Positions 9,056 to 19,706 of a stretch of DNA of 64,000 nt are shown piece after piece. The notes beneath the pieces are model-generated. The model was given only the letters and a program-made list of their open reading frames with translations, did not search any database and had not been told where the DNA came from. Source of the DNA: Gemmatimonadales bacterium. GTDB taxonomy: Bacteria > Gemmatimonadota > Gemmatimonadetes > Gemmatimonadales > GWC2-71-9. Made by a program: the position numbers and the translations under genes. The stretch covers positions 9,866 to 73,865 of the forward strand of contig DASSYA010000026.1 of the NCBI GenBank assembly GCA_035703525.1, written 5' to 3'. The first letter of the stretch is position 1; every line of letters starts with the position of its first letter.

Positions 9056-9574
9056 ATGTCTCATCCACCGCCCAGTACCCCGGGCTACGTCGACGAAACC
9101 CTCGCCCTGCTGGGCGACCGCGACCCGGTCGCCGTGCTCGAGGAGATGCCCGACTGGTTGACGACCCACCTCGACGATCTCGAGGAGTCGGTCCTCGGGG
9201 TCGCCGAAGGGCCCGGCAAGTGGTCGATCACCCAGGTGCTCGCGCACCTCGCGGACACCGAGCTCGCCTTCGGGTGGCGGATCCGGCTGCTGCTCACCGC
9301 CGACCGCCCGCCGCTCACCGGTTTCGACGAGGGCAAGTGGGTCACACGCTTCGACTATGCCAGCGCCGATCCGGCCGAGGCGTTTCACGCCTTCGCGATG
9401 CAGCGGAGCTGGAACATGCGCGTCTACCGGAGCATCACGCCTGACGACCGGACGCGCGTCGGCATCCATTCCGAACGGGGCGAGGAATCGGTCGATCGGG
9501 TCCTCCGGATGATCGCCGGGCACGACCTCAGGCATCGTCGCCAGATCACGCGCATCATCCAGGCCATTACCTAG
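9056..9574 (+). CDS. DinB-family (DinB_2-like) metal-dependent protein
   Basis: WSITQVLAHLADTELAFGWRIRLLL...IAGHDLRHRRQI shows the His-containing four-helix DinB pattern. Inserted between queA and tgt. Confidence 0.7.
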   Translation: MSHPPPSTPGYVDETLALLGDRDPVAVLEEMPDWLTTHLDDLEESVLGVAEGPGKWSITQVLAHLADTELAFGWRIRLLLTADRPPLTGFDEGKWVTRFDYASADPAEAFHAFAMQRSWNMRVYRSITPDDRTRVGIHSERGEESVDRVLRMIAGHDLRHRRQITRIIQAIT

Positions 9575-10708
<1,134 letters not shown>

Positions 10709-10996
10709 ATGGGGAGCAATCCCGCGCTGATGCTGGTGCTGCAGTTCGTGGCCATCGGCCTCGTATTCTATTTCCTGATCATTCGCCCGCAGGGGGTCGC
10801 CCGCAAGAAGGCCGCCGCGATGCTGGCCGCGATCAAGAAGAACGACCTCGTCACCACCGCCGGTGGCGTGATCGGCAAGGTCAAGCAGGTGCGCGATACC
10901 GAACTCGTGATCGAGAGCGGCACCGCGGAACTGGTGATCGATCGCAGCCGCATCATCCGGGTCGGGGACATCAACACGCCGGGGACCATGAGCTGA
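10709..10996 (+). CDS. yajC: Preprotein translocase subunit YajC
   Basis: 95 aa. LVFYFLIIRPQ...LKKNDLVTTAGGVIGKV. Confidence 0.85.
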   Translation: MGSNPALMLVLQFVAIGLVFYFLIIRPQGVARKKAAAMLAAIKKNDLVTTAGGVIGKVKQVRDTELVIESGTAELVIDRSRIIRVGDINTPGTMS

Positions 10997-11532
10997 TGGC
11001 GATCCTGCCCGTGCACTACCTCGGTCAGCCCGTCCTCCGTGAGGTGGCGGCGCCGATCGAGACGATCGACGCGGAGCTGCAGCAACTGGTCGCCGACATG
11101 TACGAGACCATGGACGCCGCCCTGGGCGTCGGCCTCGCCGGCAATCAGGTCGGGGTCGCGCGGCGGGTGGCCGTGATCGATACGGAGGAACACCGCTTCG
11201 TGATGATCAATCCGCGGGTGACGTCGCGCACGGGCAAAAAGAGCGCCGACGAGGGCTGCCTCTCCGTGCCCGAGGCATTCGGCGAAGTCACCCGCGCCGC
11301 GGAGATCACCCTCGAGGCGACCGATCTCGACGGGAATCCATTCACGCTCGACCTCTCGGGGCTGACCGCCCGCGCGGTGCAGCACGAGATCGACCATCTC
11401 GACGGGATCATGTTCATCGATCACCTGTCGCCGCTCAAGCGTCAACTGCTGGTCAAGCGCTGGAAGAAGGAGTACCGGGACGCCGGGCCGACCTGGACGC
11501 CCTCGCTCGAGGAGTCGGACGCGGGCGCCTGA
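10996..11532 (+). CDS. def: Peptide deformylase
   Basis: Internal ATG of ORF 10384..11532. GVGLAGNQVG...EGCLSVP...QHEIDHLDG motifs. Confidence 0.9.
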   Translation: MAILPVHYLGQPVLREVAAPIETIDAELQQLVADMYETMDAALGVGLAGNQVGVARRVAVIDTEEHRFVMINPRVTSRTGKKSADEGCLSVPEAFGEVTRAAEITLEATDLDGNPFTLDLSGLTARAVQHEIDHLDGIMFIDHLSPLKRQLLVKRWKKEYRDAGPTWTPSLEESDAGA

Positions 11533-12458
11533 TGCGGATCGCGTTCTTCGGCACGCCCGACTTCGCGGTCCCCTCCCTCCAGGCCCTCCTGGCCACCGAT
11601 CACGAAGTGGTGGCCGTCGTCACCCAACCCGACCGGGCCCGCACGCGGTCGCACTCGACGCTTCTCCCCCCCCCAGTCAAGGTCACGGCCGACGACGCCG
11701 GCATCCCGGTGTGGCAGCCCGAACGCCCGCGTGGCGACGCGTTCCTCGATCACCTCCGAGCGCTGAATCTCGACCTCGGCGTCGTCGTGGCGTACGGTCA
11801 CCTGCTCCGTCCCGACCTGCTGGCCATCCCGCGACTCGGGCTGGTGAATGTCCACGCCTCGCTGCTGCCGCGCTGGCGGGGCGCCGCACCGATCCACTGG
11901 GCCATCAAGGCCGGGGACGCCCGGACCGGTGTCTCGATCATGCAACTGGAGGCGGGCCTCGACAGCGGTGGGACGTGGCTGCAACGCAGCACGCCGATCG
12001 GTCCGATCGACACCACTGGCACGATGTTCGAGCGGCTCGCCCGGCTCGGTGCCGACGCCCTGGTCGAGGCGTTGCCGGGCATCGCAGCTGGCACACCACC
12101 CACCCCGCAGGATCCGGCCGGCGTCACGCTGGCACCGAAACTGGACCGCGATGCCGCCCGCGTCGACTGGCACGCCGGCGCGGTCCAGGTGAGTGGTCAC
12201 CTGCGGGCGATGGATCCGTTCCCTGGCGCATGGACGACGCACCACGGAACCGACATCAAGCTGTTCGGGGCGCGCGCGAGTGCGGAACTTTTCGTTGCTC
12301 GACCGGGTTCCATGGACGGCGATGGCAACGAGATCGTGGTCGCGTGCGACACGGGAGTCGTCCGCATCGCGGTGGTCCAGCCGGCCGGGAAACGCCGGAT
12401 GCCGGCCGGAGACTGGTTTCGGGGCATCCCCGAGGCCTGGCCCAGGGAATTCGTGTGA
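11532..12458 (+). CDS. fmt: Methionyl-tRNA formyltransferase
   Basis: [16 protein letters not shown]...VVTQPDR...[16 protein letters not shown]. Confidence 0.9.
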   Translation: MRIAFFGTPDFAVPSLQALLATDHEVVAVVTQPDRARTRSHSTLLPPPVKVTADDAGIPVWQPERPRGDAFLDHLRALNLDLGVVVAYGHLLRPDLLAIPRLGLVNVHASLLPRWRGAAPIHWAIKAGDARTGVSIMQLEAGLDSGGTWLQRSTPIGPIDTTGTMFERLARLGADALVEALPGIAAGTPPTPQDPAGVTLAPKLDRDAARVDWHAGAVQVSGHLRAMDPFPGAWTTHHGTDIKLFGARASAELFVARPGSMDGDGNEIVVACDTGVVRIAVVQPAGKRRMPAGDWFRGIPEAWPREFV

Positions 12459-13102
12459 GCAGATGGCCGCGATTGCTCGCCTACCTCGACGCGCGGGTGG
12501 CCGCGCACGAGGATCTCGGACTTCGGCTGGCGGCCGTCGCGGCCGCAGGGCCCGAGGTGGGACTCGTCGCACGGCAGCCGGGCGCGAGCACCGACACGCT
12601 GACCGCGCTCGCGGCGCGCTGCGTCGCCAACGCCACGCCACCAGCCGCGGAGGTCTGGGTGACCGGCCGCGTCGATGTCGCGCTGGCGGTCGGTGCCGAC
12701 GGCGTGATTCGTCGCTCGGAGGATCTCGCGATCGCCGCGATGCGGCTGGCGGTCGCCCGCAGCACGGCCAGGCGGCCACAGCTCCGCCATATTGCCTCGG
12801 TACATTCGGTGGTCGAGGCCGAGGCGGCCGCCCGGGATGGCGCGGAGGCGCTGATCGTCGGGACCATCTGGCCGTCGGCATCGCATCCCGGCGGACCGAC
12901 GGGTGGATTGGCGCTGCTCGAGGGCGCGGTGCGGACCGGGCTCCCTTGTTATGCGATCGGTGGCATCACGCCCGATCGCGCACTGGAGGCCCGGGCACAC
13001 GGTGCCCACGGCGTCGCCGCGATCGGTGCGGTGTGGGACCAGCCGGACAGTTACCAGGCGGCGTTGGCGCTGCTGGGACCTGAAGTGAGAAGTGAGAGGT
13101 GA
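12455..13102 (+). CDS. Thiamine-phosphate synthase-like protein (ThiE/TenI family)
   Basis: GTG at 12455 overlaps the fmt stop. ...[31 protein letters not shown]...[32 protein letters not shown]. The last residues (EVRSER) and the stop codon lie inside the heptad array. Confidence 0.65.
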   Translation: MSRWPRLLAYLDARVAAHEDLGLRLAAVAAAGPEVGLVARQPGASTDTLTALAARCVANATPPAAEVWVTGRVDVALAVGADGVIRRSEDLAIAAMRLAVARSTARRPQLRHIASVHSVVEAEAAARDGAEALIVGTIWPSASHPGGPTGGLALLEGAVRTGLPCYAIGGITPDRALEARAHGAHGVAAIGAVWDQPDSYQAALALLGPEVRSER

Positions 13103-13236
13103 GAAGCGAGAAGCGAGAAGCGAGAAGCGAGAAGCGAGAAGTGAGAAGTGAGAAGCGAGAAGCGAGAAGTGAGAAGCGAGAAGCGAGAAGCGAGAAGTGA
13201 GAAGCGAGAAGCGAGAAGCGAGAAGTGAGAGGTGAG
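13083..13236. repeat. Tandem heptanucleotide array A: 22 x AAG(Y)GAG, that is (GAGAAGY)n, purine-rich on the + strand
   Basis: Direct reading shows 22 consecutive 7-nt units. Only the C/T position and two AGGTGAG end units vary. Lies between the thiE-like gene and thiS. Confidence 0.95.
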
Positions 13237-13280
13237 AACGCGTTGAGCGTGCAACGGTACCACCAGCAAGGAGTGGCGTC

Positions 13281-13481
13281 ATGCAGTTGACCATCAACGG
13301 CGCGCCGCGCACGGTGCGTGACGCCGAGAGTGTCGAGCAGCTGCTCGCGGAGCTGGAGCTGGACCCGCGGGCGGTGGTCGTGGAACTGAATCGCGAGATC
13401 GTCCGTCGACCAGCGTTGGCCGCGACGGCGATTCGGGACGGGGACACCGTCGAGATCGTGCACTTTGTGGGGGGGGGCTGA
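13281..13481 (+). CDS. thiS: Sulfur carrier protein ThiS
   Basis: 66 aa ending in ...[10 protein letters not shown]. Confidence 0.85.
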   Translation: MQLTINGAPRTVRDAESVEQLLAELELDPRAVVVELNREIVRRPALAATAIRDGDTVEIVHFVGGG

Positions 13482-14246
13482 ATGCTGGAGATCGGCGGCA
13501 CCACATTCTCGTCGCGGCTGCTGGTGGGCACCGGGCGCTATCGCACCAACGCGGAGATGGTCGAGGCGATCGACGCCAGCGGGGCGGAGGTCGTCACGGT
13601 GGCGGTGCGGCGCATCTCGCTCGACCGGGCGGATGACACCGGCATCCTGCATCATCTCTCGCCCGAGCGCTATTTCCTGCTCAGCAACACCGCCGGCTGC
13701 TACACCGCGGACGACGCCATCCGCTATGCGCGGCTGGCCCGCGAGGCGGGTTTCAACGATTTCGTCAAGCTCGAAGTGATCGGGGACCAGGACACGCTCC
13801 TGCCCGACACGGCCGGGCTGCTCGAGGCGACGCGAGTGCTCGTGGGCGAGGGCTTCAAGGTGATGGCCTACACCAACGACGACCTCATCATGGCGCTCCG
13901 GCTCGAGGACGCCGGAGCCGTCGCCGTCATGCCGTTGGCCTCGCCTATCGGCTCCGGACTCGGCATGATCAATCCGTTCGCGATCCGGACGATCAAGGCA
14001 CGGCTCAGCGTACCGGTGATTGTCGATGCCGGTGTCGGCACGGCAAGCGACGCCTGCCTGGTGATGGAACAGGGTGTCGACGGCATCCTCATGAACACCG
14101 CACTCGCGGCCGCCGACGAACCGGTGCGGATGGCCCGGGCGATGCGGCTCGCGGTGGAGGCGGGCCGCGAGGCGTACCTCGCCGGCCGGATGCCCCGGCG
14201 CGAAGTGGCGGTGCCCTCCAGTCCGACCGCCGGGATGATCGCCTGA
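13482..14246 (+). CDS. thiG: Thiazole synthase ThiG
   Basis: LLVGTGRY...VTVAVRR...NTAGC...VKLEVIGD...VMPL.SPIGSG.G...VDAGVG. Confidence 0.9.
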   Translation: MLEIGGTTFSSRLLVGTGRYRTNAEMVEAIDASGAEVVTVAVRRISLDRADDTGILHHLSPERYFLLSNTAGCYTADDAIRYARLAREAGFNDFVKLEVIGDQDTLLPDTAGLLEATRVLVGEGFKVMAYTNDDLIMALRLEDAGAVAVMPLASPIGSGLGMINPFAIRTIKARLSVPVIVDAGVGTASDACLVMEQGVDGILMNTALAAADEPVRMARAMRLAVEAGREAYLAGRMPRREVAVPSSPTAGMIA

Positions 14247-15544
14247 TCGATTCCGGCCTCGGTCCGCGCCGCGCCGCACTCGGCATTCTCCTCGCGGCCC
14301 GGGGTGGCACACCGTTCGACGCGGCACTCGAGCGCGGGTTGGCCGGCTTGCCCGATGCCGATCGTCGGCTCGCGCACGAACTCGCCGCCGGTGTCTTGCG
14401 AAGTGGCGATGCGCTCGACGCGATCATCGCCCCGCTCCTCACGCGTGGTATCGACCACACCGACCCCAGCGTCCTCGAGATCCTCCGGCTCGGCGTCTAT
14501 CAGCTCAGGGAACTCGAACGGGTGCCCGCCCATGCAGCCGTGGCCACCGCCGTCTCGCTGACCCGCGAACGCGTCGGCGAGCGACTGACCGGTGTGGTCA
14601 ACGCGGTACTCAGGCGGGTCACACGCCTCCCGCCTGAGACGCGGGCCGCTACTGACACCGATCTGGCGACCCGATATTCCCATCCGGCATGGCTGGTCGA
14701 TCGCTGGCTCGCCCGATTCGGGGTCGATGACACCACAGCGTTGCTCGAATGGAACAACGCGCACCCGATGCTCGTGGTCCAACCGACGGATGGCGATCTC
14801 GTGGCACTCGCGACCAGCTTCGACGCCGCGGGCGTCCGAAGCTTCCCGGCGCCCTTCGATGCCGGCCTCATCGTCGGGGAGACCCGTCCCGAACGGCTGC
14901 CGGGTTTCGGCGACGGCCGCTTTTTTGTCCAGGATCCGGCCCAGGCGCTCGTGGTCCGGTTCGCCGGAACCCCCGAAGGGGCAACGGTGTTCGATGCCTG
15001 CGCCGCCCCCGGCGGCAAGACCCTCGGACTCGCCCGAGAAGCCGATCTGGTGATCGCCGGCGAGCTCTCCCGTCGCCGGATTCCACGCCTCCGCGAGAAC
15101 CTGACTCGAAGTGGTGTCACCAACGTTCGACTCGTCCATGCCGACGCGCTGCATCCCCCCATCCGGCCAGTCGACCTGATGCTCCTCGACGCGCCATGCC
15201 TCGGGACCGGGACCTTCGCCCGCCACCCCGATGCCAGGCTGCGTGTCCGCCCCGGTGCGCTCACCCGCCTCGCGCGGGAACAGGCCCAACTCCTCGACGC
15301 CGCTGCCGATCGAGTGCGGCCGGGTGGCGTGCTATGTTACGCCACATGTTCGCTGGAACCCGAGGAAAATGCGATCCAGATCGATCACTTCCTGGCACGG
15401 CACCCGACGTTTCGTCGGGCACCGGTGGTGGGGCTGGATCTGCCCATGACTGACGCGGGTGATCTCGAGATCCTGCCACAGCGCGATGCCATGGACGGTG
15501 CGTTCGCCGCGCGACTGGTTCGCCAGTCTGCCCCGGAGCCCTGA
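14243..15544 (+). CDS. rsmB: 16S rRNA (cytosine-C5)-methyltransferase RsmB/Sun family
   Basis: C-terminal [10 protein letters not shown]...DAPC.GTG...YATCSL methyltransferase motifs. The NusB-like N-terminal homology (RRAALGILL...[14 protein letters not shown]) starts upstream of the first canonical start (TTG 14339). The only candidate there is CTG 14243, overlapping the thiG stop. Confidence 0.75.
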   Translation: MIDSGLGPRRAALGILLAARGGTPFDAALERGLAGLPDADRRLAHELAAGVLRSGDALDAIIAPLLTRGIDHTDPSVLEILRLGVYQLRELERVPAHAAVATAVSLTRERVGERLTGVVNAVLRRVTRLPPETRAATDTDLATRYSHPAWLVDRWLARFGVDDTTALLEWNNAHPMLVVQPTDGDLVALATSFDAAGVRSFPAPFDAGLIVGETRPERLPGFGDGRFFVQDPAQALVVRFAGTPEGATVFDACAAPGGKTLGLAREADLVIAGELSRRRIPRLRENLTRSGVTNVRLVHADALHPPIRPVDLMLLDAPCLGTGTFARHPDARLRVRPGALTRLAREQAQLLDAAADRVRPGGVLCYATCSLEPEENAIQIDHFLARHPTFRRAPVVGLDLPMTDAGDLEILPQRDAMDGAFAARLVRQSAPEP

Positions 15545-16063
15545 ATGCGCGCGTGGCACCGCGCGACCCTCGGGCTCGGATTCGCGGTAGTCGCGGGGCT
15601 GGCGGTCGCCTGGCTCTGGTTCCCGACCCCGCTTCGGGTCCGGACCACCACCGTGCCGACCCTGCGCGGCGTCCCGCTCGAGCAGGCACTCGACCAGCTC
15701 CGAACGGCAGGCCTCCGCGGTCGGCCATCGGGTGAGCTCGACGACCCCCAGGTGGCCCGGGGCAGTGTGGTGTGGAGTCTCCCGGTTGCCGGGACGGTAT
15801 TGCCCGAGTCGGCCATCGTCCGACTCAATGTGAGTGCCGGGCCACCGAGCGTACTCGTCCCGACACTCGCCGACCTGGACCTCGGCACCGCCGGGTCCGT
15901 CCTCGAGGCCGCCGGGCTCCTGACCGGCGCCGTCGACAGTCAGACCACGAACCTGCCCGCCGGGATCGTCCTCAGGAGTCAACCACCACCCGGCAAGGCT
16001 GTTCGGGCGGGTGAATCAGTGAACCTTGTTGTCAGTCGTGGACCACGGGACAGGAACCGATGA
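15545..16063 (+). CDS. Membrane-anchored PASTA-domain protein (two PASTA repeats, no kinase or PBP domain)
   Basis: N-terminal TM segment LGLGFAVVAGLAVAWLW, then two repeats: VPTLRGVPLEQALDQLRTAGL...RLNVS and VPTLADLDLGTAGSVLEAAGL...NLVVSRG. Confidence 0.75.
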   Translation: MRAWHRATLGLGFAVVAGLAVAWLWFPTPLRVRTTTVPTLRGVPLEQALDQLRTAGLRGRPSGELDDPQVARGSVVWSLPVAGTVLPESAIVRLNVSAGPPSVLVPTLADLDLGTAGSVLEAAGLLTGAVDSQTTNLPAGIVLRSQPPPGKAVRAGESVNLVVSRGPRDRNR

Positions 16064-16716
16064 CCCTCCGCATTGCCCCCAGTGTCTTGAGTGCCGATCT
16101 CGGTCGACTCGGCGAACAGATCGCCGCCGCCACCGAGGGCGGCGCGGACTGGATGCACGTCGACGTGATGGATGGCCACTTCGTGCCCAATCTCACGTTC
16201 GGCGCACCGCTCATCAAGGCGCTCCGGAAGCTCACCGACCTGCCGCTCGATGTCCACCTGATGGTGGATCATCCCGAGGCATACATCGACGAGTACGCCG
16301 CCCTCGGCGCCCGGCTGTTCGCCTTCCATCCCGAATCGACGGTGCATGTGCAGCGACACCTCGTGCACATCCGTGAGGCGGGCATGCAGGCCGGACTCGT
16401 GCTCAACCCCTCGACGCCCGTCGCCTGGCTGGAGGAGATCATCGACGATCTCGATCTCGTGCTGGTGATGTCCGTCAATCCCGGATTCGGCGGGCAGTCG
16501 TACATCCCGGCCTCGACGCGGAAGATCGCCCGCGTCCGCGCCTTGCTCGATGCACACGGTTCGACCGCCCATCTCGAGGTCGACGGCGGGATCACCCCGG
16601 CCACGATCGGCGCCGCGCACGCGGCCGGCGCCGACACCTTTGTCGCAGGTACCGCGGTCTTCGGCCAGGCCGATGTTGCGGCTGCCGTCCGCGCGCTCCG
16701 GGCGGCGGCCACATGA
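16060..16716 (+). CDS. rpe: Ribulose-phosphate 3-epimerase
   Basis: IAPS.LSAD...MHVDVMDGHFVPN.TFG...H.MV..P...MSVNPGFGGQ. Confidence 0.9.
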   Translation: MTLRIAPSVLSADLGRLGEQIAAATEGGADWMHVDVMDGHFVPNLTFGAPLIKALRKLTDLPLDVHLMVDHPEAYIDEYAALGARLFAFHPESTVHVQRHLVHIREAGMQAGLVLNPSTPVAWLEEIIDDLDLVLVMSVNPGFGGQSYIPASTRKIARVRALLDAHGSTAHLEVDGGITPATIGAAHAAGADTFVAGTAVFGQADVAAAVRALRAAAT

Positions 16717-17237
16717 GACTCCACGCCATCGTGAGCCTCCTGCTGCTCGGCGCCGTCGCGTGCGAGGCAGCACAGAACCCGGTCCGCGTCGGCGACATCG
16801 CGCCCGATGCCCGGGTACTCGATCTCGCCACCGGGGACACCATCTCGCTCACCGCTCGCTATGGCGGCGGAGTCACGCTGGTGAACATCTGGGCCACGTG
16901 GTGTCTCCCGTGCAAGGAGGAGATCCCGGCGCTCGACTCCCTCTATCGCGCCCTCGGACCGCAGGGACTCCGGATCGCGGCGGTGAGCATCGACACCCGG
17001 AAGTCCAGCGAGGTGCGCGACTGGATCGCGCCGTTCGGTGTCGGTTTCGATGTGCTCCAGGATCCGTCGGGCGAGATCCAGCGGATCTACCGGACCACCG
17101 GGGTGCCGGAATCGTTCCTGATCGACAAGCGTGGCCGGATCATGCGGATCGTCTATGCCGCCGCCCCGTGGGCCTCGGTGGCAAACCGGCGCATCATCGA
17201 GGCACTCCTCGCCGCCAACCCGGAGCAGGGCGAATGA
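16713..17237 (+). CDS. TlpA/redoxin-family thiol-disulfide oxidoreductase (secreted)
   Basis: Signal peptide followed by VNIWATWCLPCKEEIP (CxxC). Confidence 0.75.
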   Translation: MRLHAIVSLLLLGAVACEAAQNPVRVGDIAPDARVLDLATGDTISLTARYGGGVTLVNIWATWCLPCKEEIPALDSLYRALGPQGLRIAAVSIDTRKSSEVRDWIAPFGVGFDVLQDPSGEIQRIYRTTGVPESFLIDKRGRIMRIVYAAAPWASVANRRIIEALLAANPEQGE

Positions 17238-17764
17238 AGCGCCAGGGACTCTGGATCGCCTCGATCGTCGCCGGCTTCATCCTGCTCGGCTGGGGATTGG
17301 CGACCTTTGCCCCCCCCCCGGATGGCGTGACCATCGGCAGGACCGCACCCGACTATCGCGCGGTCAGTCTTGCCACCGGTGACACGGTCTCGCTCCGGGA
17401 TGCCTATCGGGGGCAGGTCACGCTCCTCAATGTCTGGGCCACCTGGTGCGCCCCGTGCCGAGCGGAGATGCCGTCGATGGAACGCACCTATCAGGTGTTC
17501 AAGGATCGGGGCTTCCGGATCGCCGCGGTGAGTGTCGATGTCGGCGAGTCCGACAAGGTGCGGGCGTTCCAGCAGGAATTCGGGCTCACCTTCGACATCC
17601 TGCACGATGCCAGCGGCCTGATCCAGCAGCGCTACCAGATGATCGGCGTGCCGCAGTCGTTCCTGCTCGACCGGCGCGGCATCGTCCGCTTCGTCTCGCT
17701 GGGCGAGGAGCATTGGGACTCCGACACCAACCGCGCGCGCATTGAAGCGCTGCTCGCCGACTAG
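17234..17764 (+). CDS. TlpA/redoxin-family thiol-disulfide oxidoreductase, tandem paralogue
   Basis: Internal ATG of ORF 16550..17764 in an ATGA overlap. TM anchor followed by LNVWATWCAPCRAEMP. Confidence 0.75.
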   Translation: MKRQGLWIASIVAGFILLGWGLATFAPPPDGVTIGRTAPDYRAVSLATGDTVSLRDAYRGQVTLLNVWATWCAPCRAEMPSMERTYQVFKDRGFRIAAVSVDVGESDKVRAFQQEFGLTFDILHDASGLIQQRYQMIGVPQSFLLDRRGIVRFVSLGEEHWDSDTNRARIEALLAD

Positions 17765-17767
17765 CTG

Positions 17768-18805
17768 ATGCGCGTCCTCGCGATCGAATCCTCCTGCGAC
17801 GAGACCTCCGCCGCCATCGTGCACCGCGAGGGCGACGTCGTCACGCTGGAGAGCCTCGCGATCCTCTCCCAGGACATCCATCGGATCTTCGGGGGCGTGG
17901 TGCCCGAGCTGGCGTCACGGGCTCACCTCGAGACAATCGGTGCGGTCGTCGAACAGGCCCTTGGCGAGGCGCATGTCGGGATGGCCGGCATCGATGGCCT
18001 CGCCGTGACCCGCGGGCCCGGGCTTCTCGGCGCCCTGCTGGTCGGTGTGTCGTGGGGCAAGACCGTGGCATGGCGGGAGCGACTGCCGCTGATCGGCGTG
18101 CACCACCTCGAGGGCCACCTCTTCGCGCCGGTGCTCGAGGATCCCTCGGTGGCGCCACCGTTCATTGCCCTGCTGGTGAGTGGCGGGCACACCATGATCC
18201 TCGACGTCCCCGCGTGGGGTGAGTATCACCTGATGGGGCACACGCGCGACGATGCGGCGGGCGAGGCGTTCGACAAGGTCGGGACGCTGCTCGGACTCGA
18301 CTATCCGGCCGGCGCCGGCATCGAGCGGCTGGCCCGGACCGGCGACCCGACGCGCTTCGTCTTCCCACGGCCGCTCCTCGGCTCGCGCGATGACCCGTTC
18401 GGCTTCTCGTTCAGCGGCCTCAAGACGGCGGTGCTCCGCGCGGTGCAGCAGGTCGACGACCTCGACGGGGCCAGGGCCGACCTCGCGCGTGGCTTCCAGG
18501 ATGCCGCAATCGACGTCATGGTGCAGAAGACCCGGAAGGCCGCGGAGGCTGCCGGGCGCGACCTCATCGTACTGGGGGGGGGAGTGGCGTGTAATCGGAC
18601 CCTGGCCACCGAGATGCGTGCGGCCACCGCGCCCTGGGCGCATGTGGCGGTCGCCTCGCCCCGACTCAACACCGACAACGCCGCGATGATCGGGGCCGCC
18701 GGCAGCTGGCGCCTGATGCGTGGTGAGCGCGATGATCACACCCTCGAGCCGAGCGACGCGTTGCCGCTGCCCGGCCTCGTGACCCGGACCGGAGCCGTCG
18801 CATGA
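17768..18805 (+). CDS. tsaD: tRNA N6-adenosine threonylcarbamoyltransferase TsaD
   Basis: MRVLAIESSCDETSAAIV...HH.EGH...GGGVACN. Confidence 0.9.
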   Translation: MRVLAIESSCDETSAAIVHREGDVVTLESLAILSQDIHRIFGGVVPELASRAHLETIGAVVEQALGEAHVGMAGIDGLAVTRGPGLLGALLVGVSWGKTVAWRERLPLIGVHHLEGHLFAPVLEDPSVAPPFIALLVSGGHTMILDVPAWGEYHLMGHTRDDAAGEAFDKVGTLLGLDYPAGAGIERLARTGDPTRFVFPRPLLGSRDDPFGFSFSGLKTAVLRAVQQVDDLDGARADLARGFQDAAIDVMVQKTRKAAEAAGRDLIVLGGGVACNRTLATEMRAATAPWAHVAVASPRLNTDNAAMIGAAGSWRLMRGERDDHTLEPSDALPLPGLVTRTGAVA

Positions 18806-19641
18806 TCACCGTCCAGCCGCTCGAGTTTCACATCGGCCCGCTGCCGATCACCGGCTTCGGCCTCACCATGGCGCTCGCCTTCATCGTCGGCGCGTGGCTG
18901 ATGGAGCGCGAATCTCGCCGGCTCGGTTTCGCGACCGACTACGTCGCCGACATGATCCTGGGCGCCGTCGTCGGCGGGATCGTCGGGGCCAAGCTCTGGT
19001 TCGTGGCGCTCTACGGGGTGGACGCCCTCTTCTCCCGCTCCGGCCTGGTCTTCTACGGCGGCTTCCTCGGTGGCGTCCTCGGCGTGATTCTCGTCGGGTG
19101 GGTCAAGCGGGTCCCGATTCGCTGGACGATGCACCTCGTGGCGCCGGCCCTCGCGGCCGGGTATGCCATCGGTCGGGTCGGCTGCTTCGTGGTCGGCGAC
19201 GACTATGGCCGACCGACCGACCTCCCGTGGGCCGTCGCATTCCCCAACGGCAGCCCCGCGTCGCTCGCCGGCACCATGCAGCGGCTGTTCGGGACGACCT
19301 TTCCGGAGGGGACCGATCCGGCCACGCTCGTGGCCGTCCACCCGACTCAGCTCTACGAGGTCGCCATCATGCTGGTGGTGTTTGCGATCCTCTGGCGCTG
19401 GCGGCGGCAGGGGGCCGGGACCGGCTGGCTCTTCGGGGCGTACCTGGTCTTCGCGGGCGCCGAGCGGTTCGTGGTCGAGTTCCTCCGGGCCAAGGACGAT
19501 CGCTTCCTCGGGCCCCTCACCCTGGCCCAAGCCACCGGGATCGTCTCCGTGGTCGTCGGAATGTGGCTCTGGAGCCGGTTTGCCGGGACGGCACCCATCG
19601 AACCGGGGGCGTACCTGAGCCGGGGGAAGGCGTCGGCCTGA
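18802..19641 (+). CDS. lgt: Prolipoprotein diacylglyceryl transferase
   Basis: GLTMALAFIVG...YGGFLGG...GRVGCFVVGDDYG.... Confidence 0.9.
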   Translation: MITVQPLEFHIGPLPITGFGLTMALAFIVGAWLMERESRRLGFATDYVADMILGAVVGGIVGAKLWFVALYGVDALFSRSGLVFYGGFLGGVLGVILVGWVKRVPIRWTMHLVAPALAAGYAIGRVGCFVVGDDYGRPTDLPWAVAFPNGSPASLAGTMQRLFGTTFPEGTDPATLVAVHPTQLYEVAIMLVVFAILWRWRRQGAGTGWLFGAYLVFAGAERFVVEFLRAKDDRFLGPLTLAQATGIVSVVVGMWLWSRFAGTAPIEPGAYLSRGKASA

Positions 19642-19671
19642 AGGCCCCGCCCTCACTGGAAATACTCGTAC

Positions 19672-19700
19672 TTGACAGAACACCTAGGACCCCCTAGGTT
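19672..19700 (+). promoter_or_regulatory. Sigma-70-type promoter of sRNA copy 1 (TTGACA-N17-TAGGTT)
   Basis: TTGACA at 19672-19677, a 17-nt spacer, then TAGGTT at 19695-19700. Spacing to the conserved TGACGCC (13 nt after the -10) is identical to copy 2. Confidence 0.55.
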
Positions 19701-19706
19701 TTTCCC

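Noticed and set aside
13083-13236. The heptad arrays as CRISPR arrays.
   Set aside because: The unit is 7 nt with no spacers, there are no cas genes, and no repeat-spacer periodicity. They are simple tandem satellites.
13237-13280. Expected TPP (THI-box) riboswitch upstream of thiS.
   Set aside because: No CUGAGA...ACCUGAUCUGGAUAAUGCCAGCG-like elements are visible between the array and the thiS ATG, so none is reported. The absence itself is noted under the array finding. A covariance-model search would be needed to be sure.
12197-14327. Long minus-strand ORFs (12197..13531, 12966..14327, 13051..13269) containing [20 protein letters not shown] repeat peptides.
   Set aside because: They are read-through artefacts of the stop-free pyrimidine strand of heptad array A. 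They lie antisense to well-supported thiE-like, thiS and thiG genes. A repeat period of 7 nt cycles all three frames, which is not how genuine repeat proteins are encoded.
16713-17764. Tandem TlpA-like thioredoxin paralogues as something unusual.
   Set aside because: Tandem duplication of periplasmic thiol-disulfide oxidoreductases is common, and both copies retain WCxPC, so the arrangement is ordinary.
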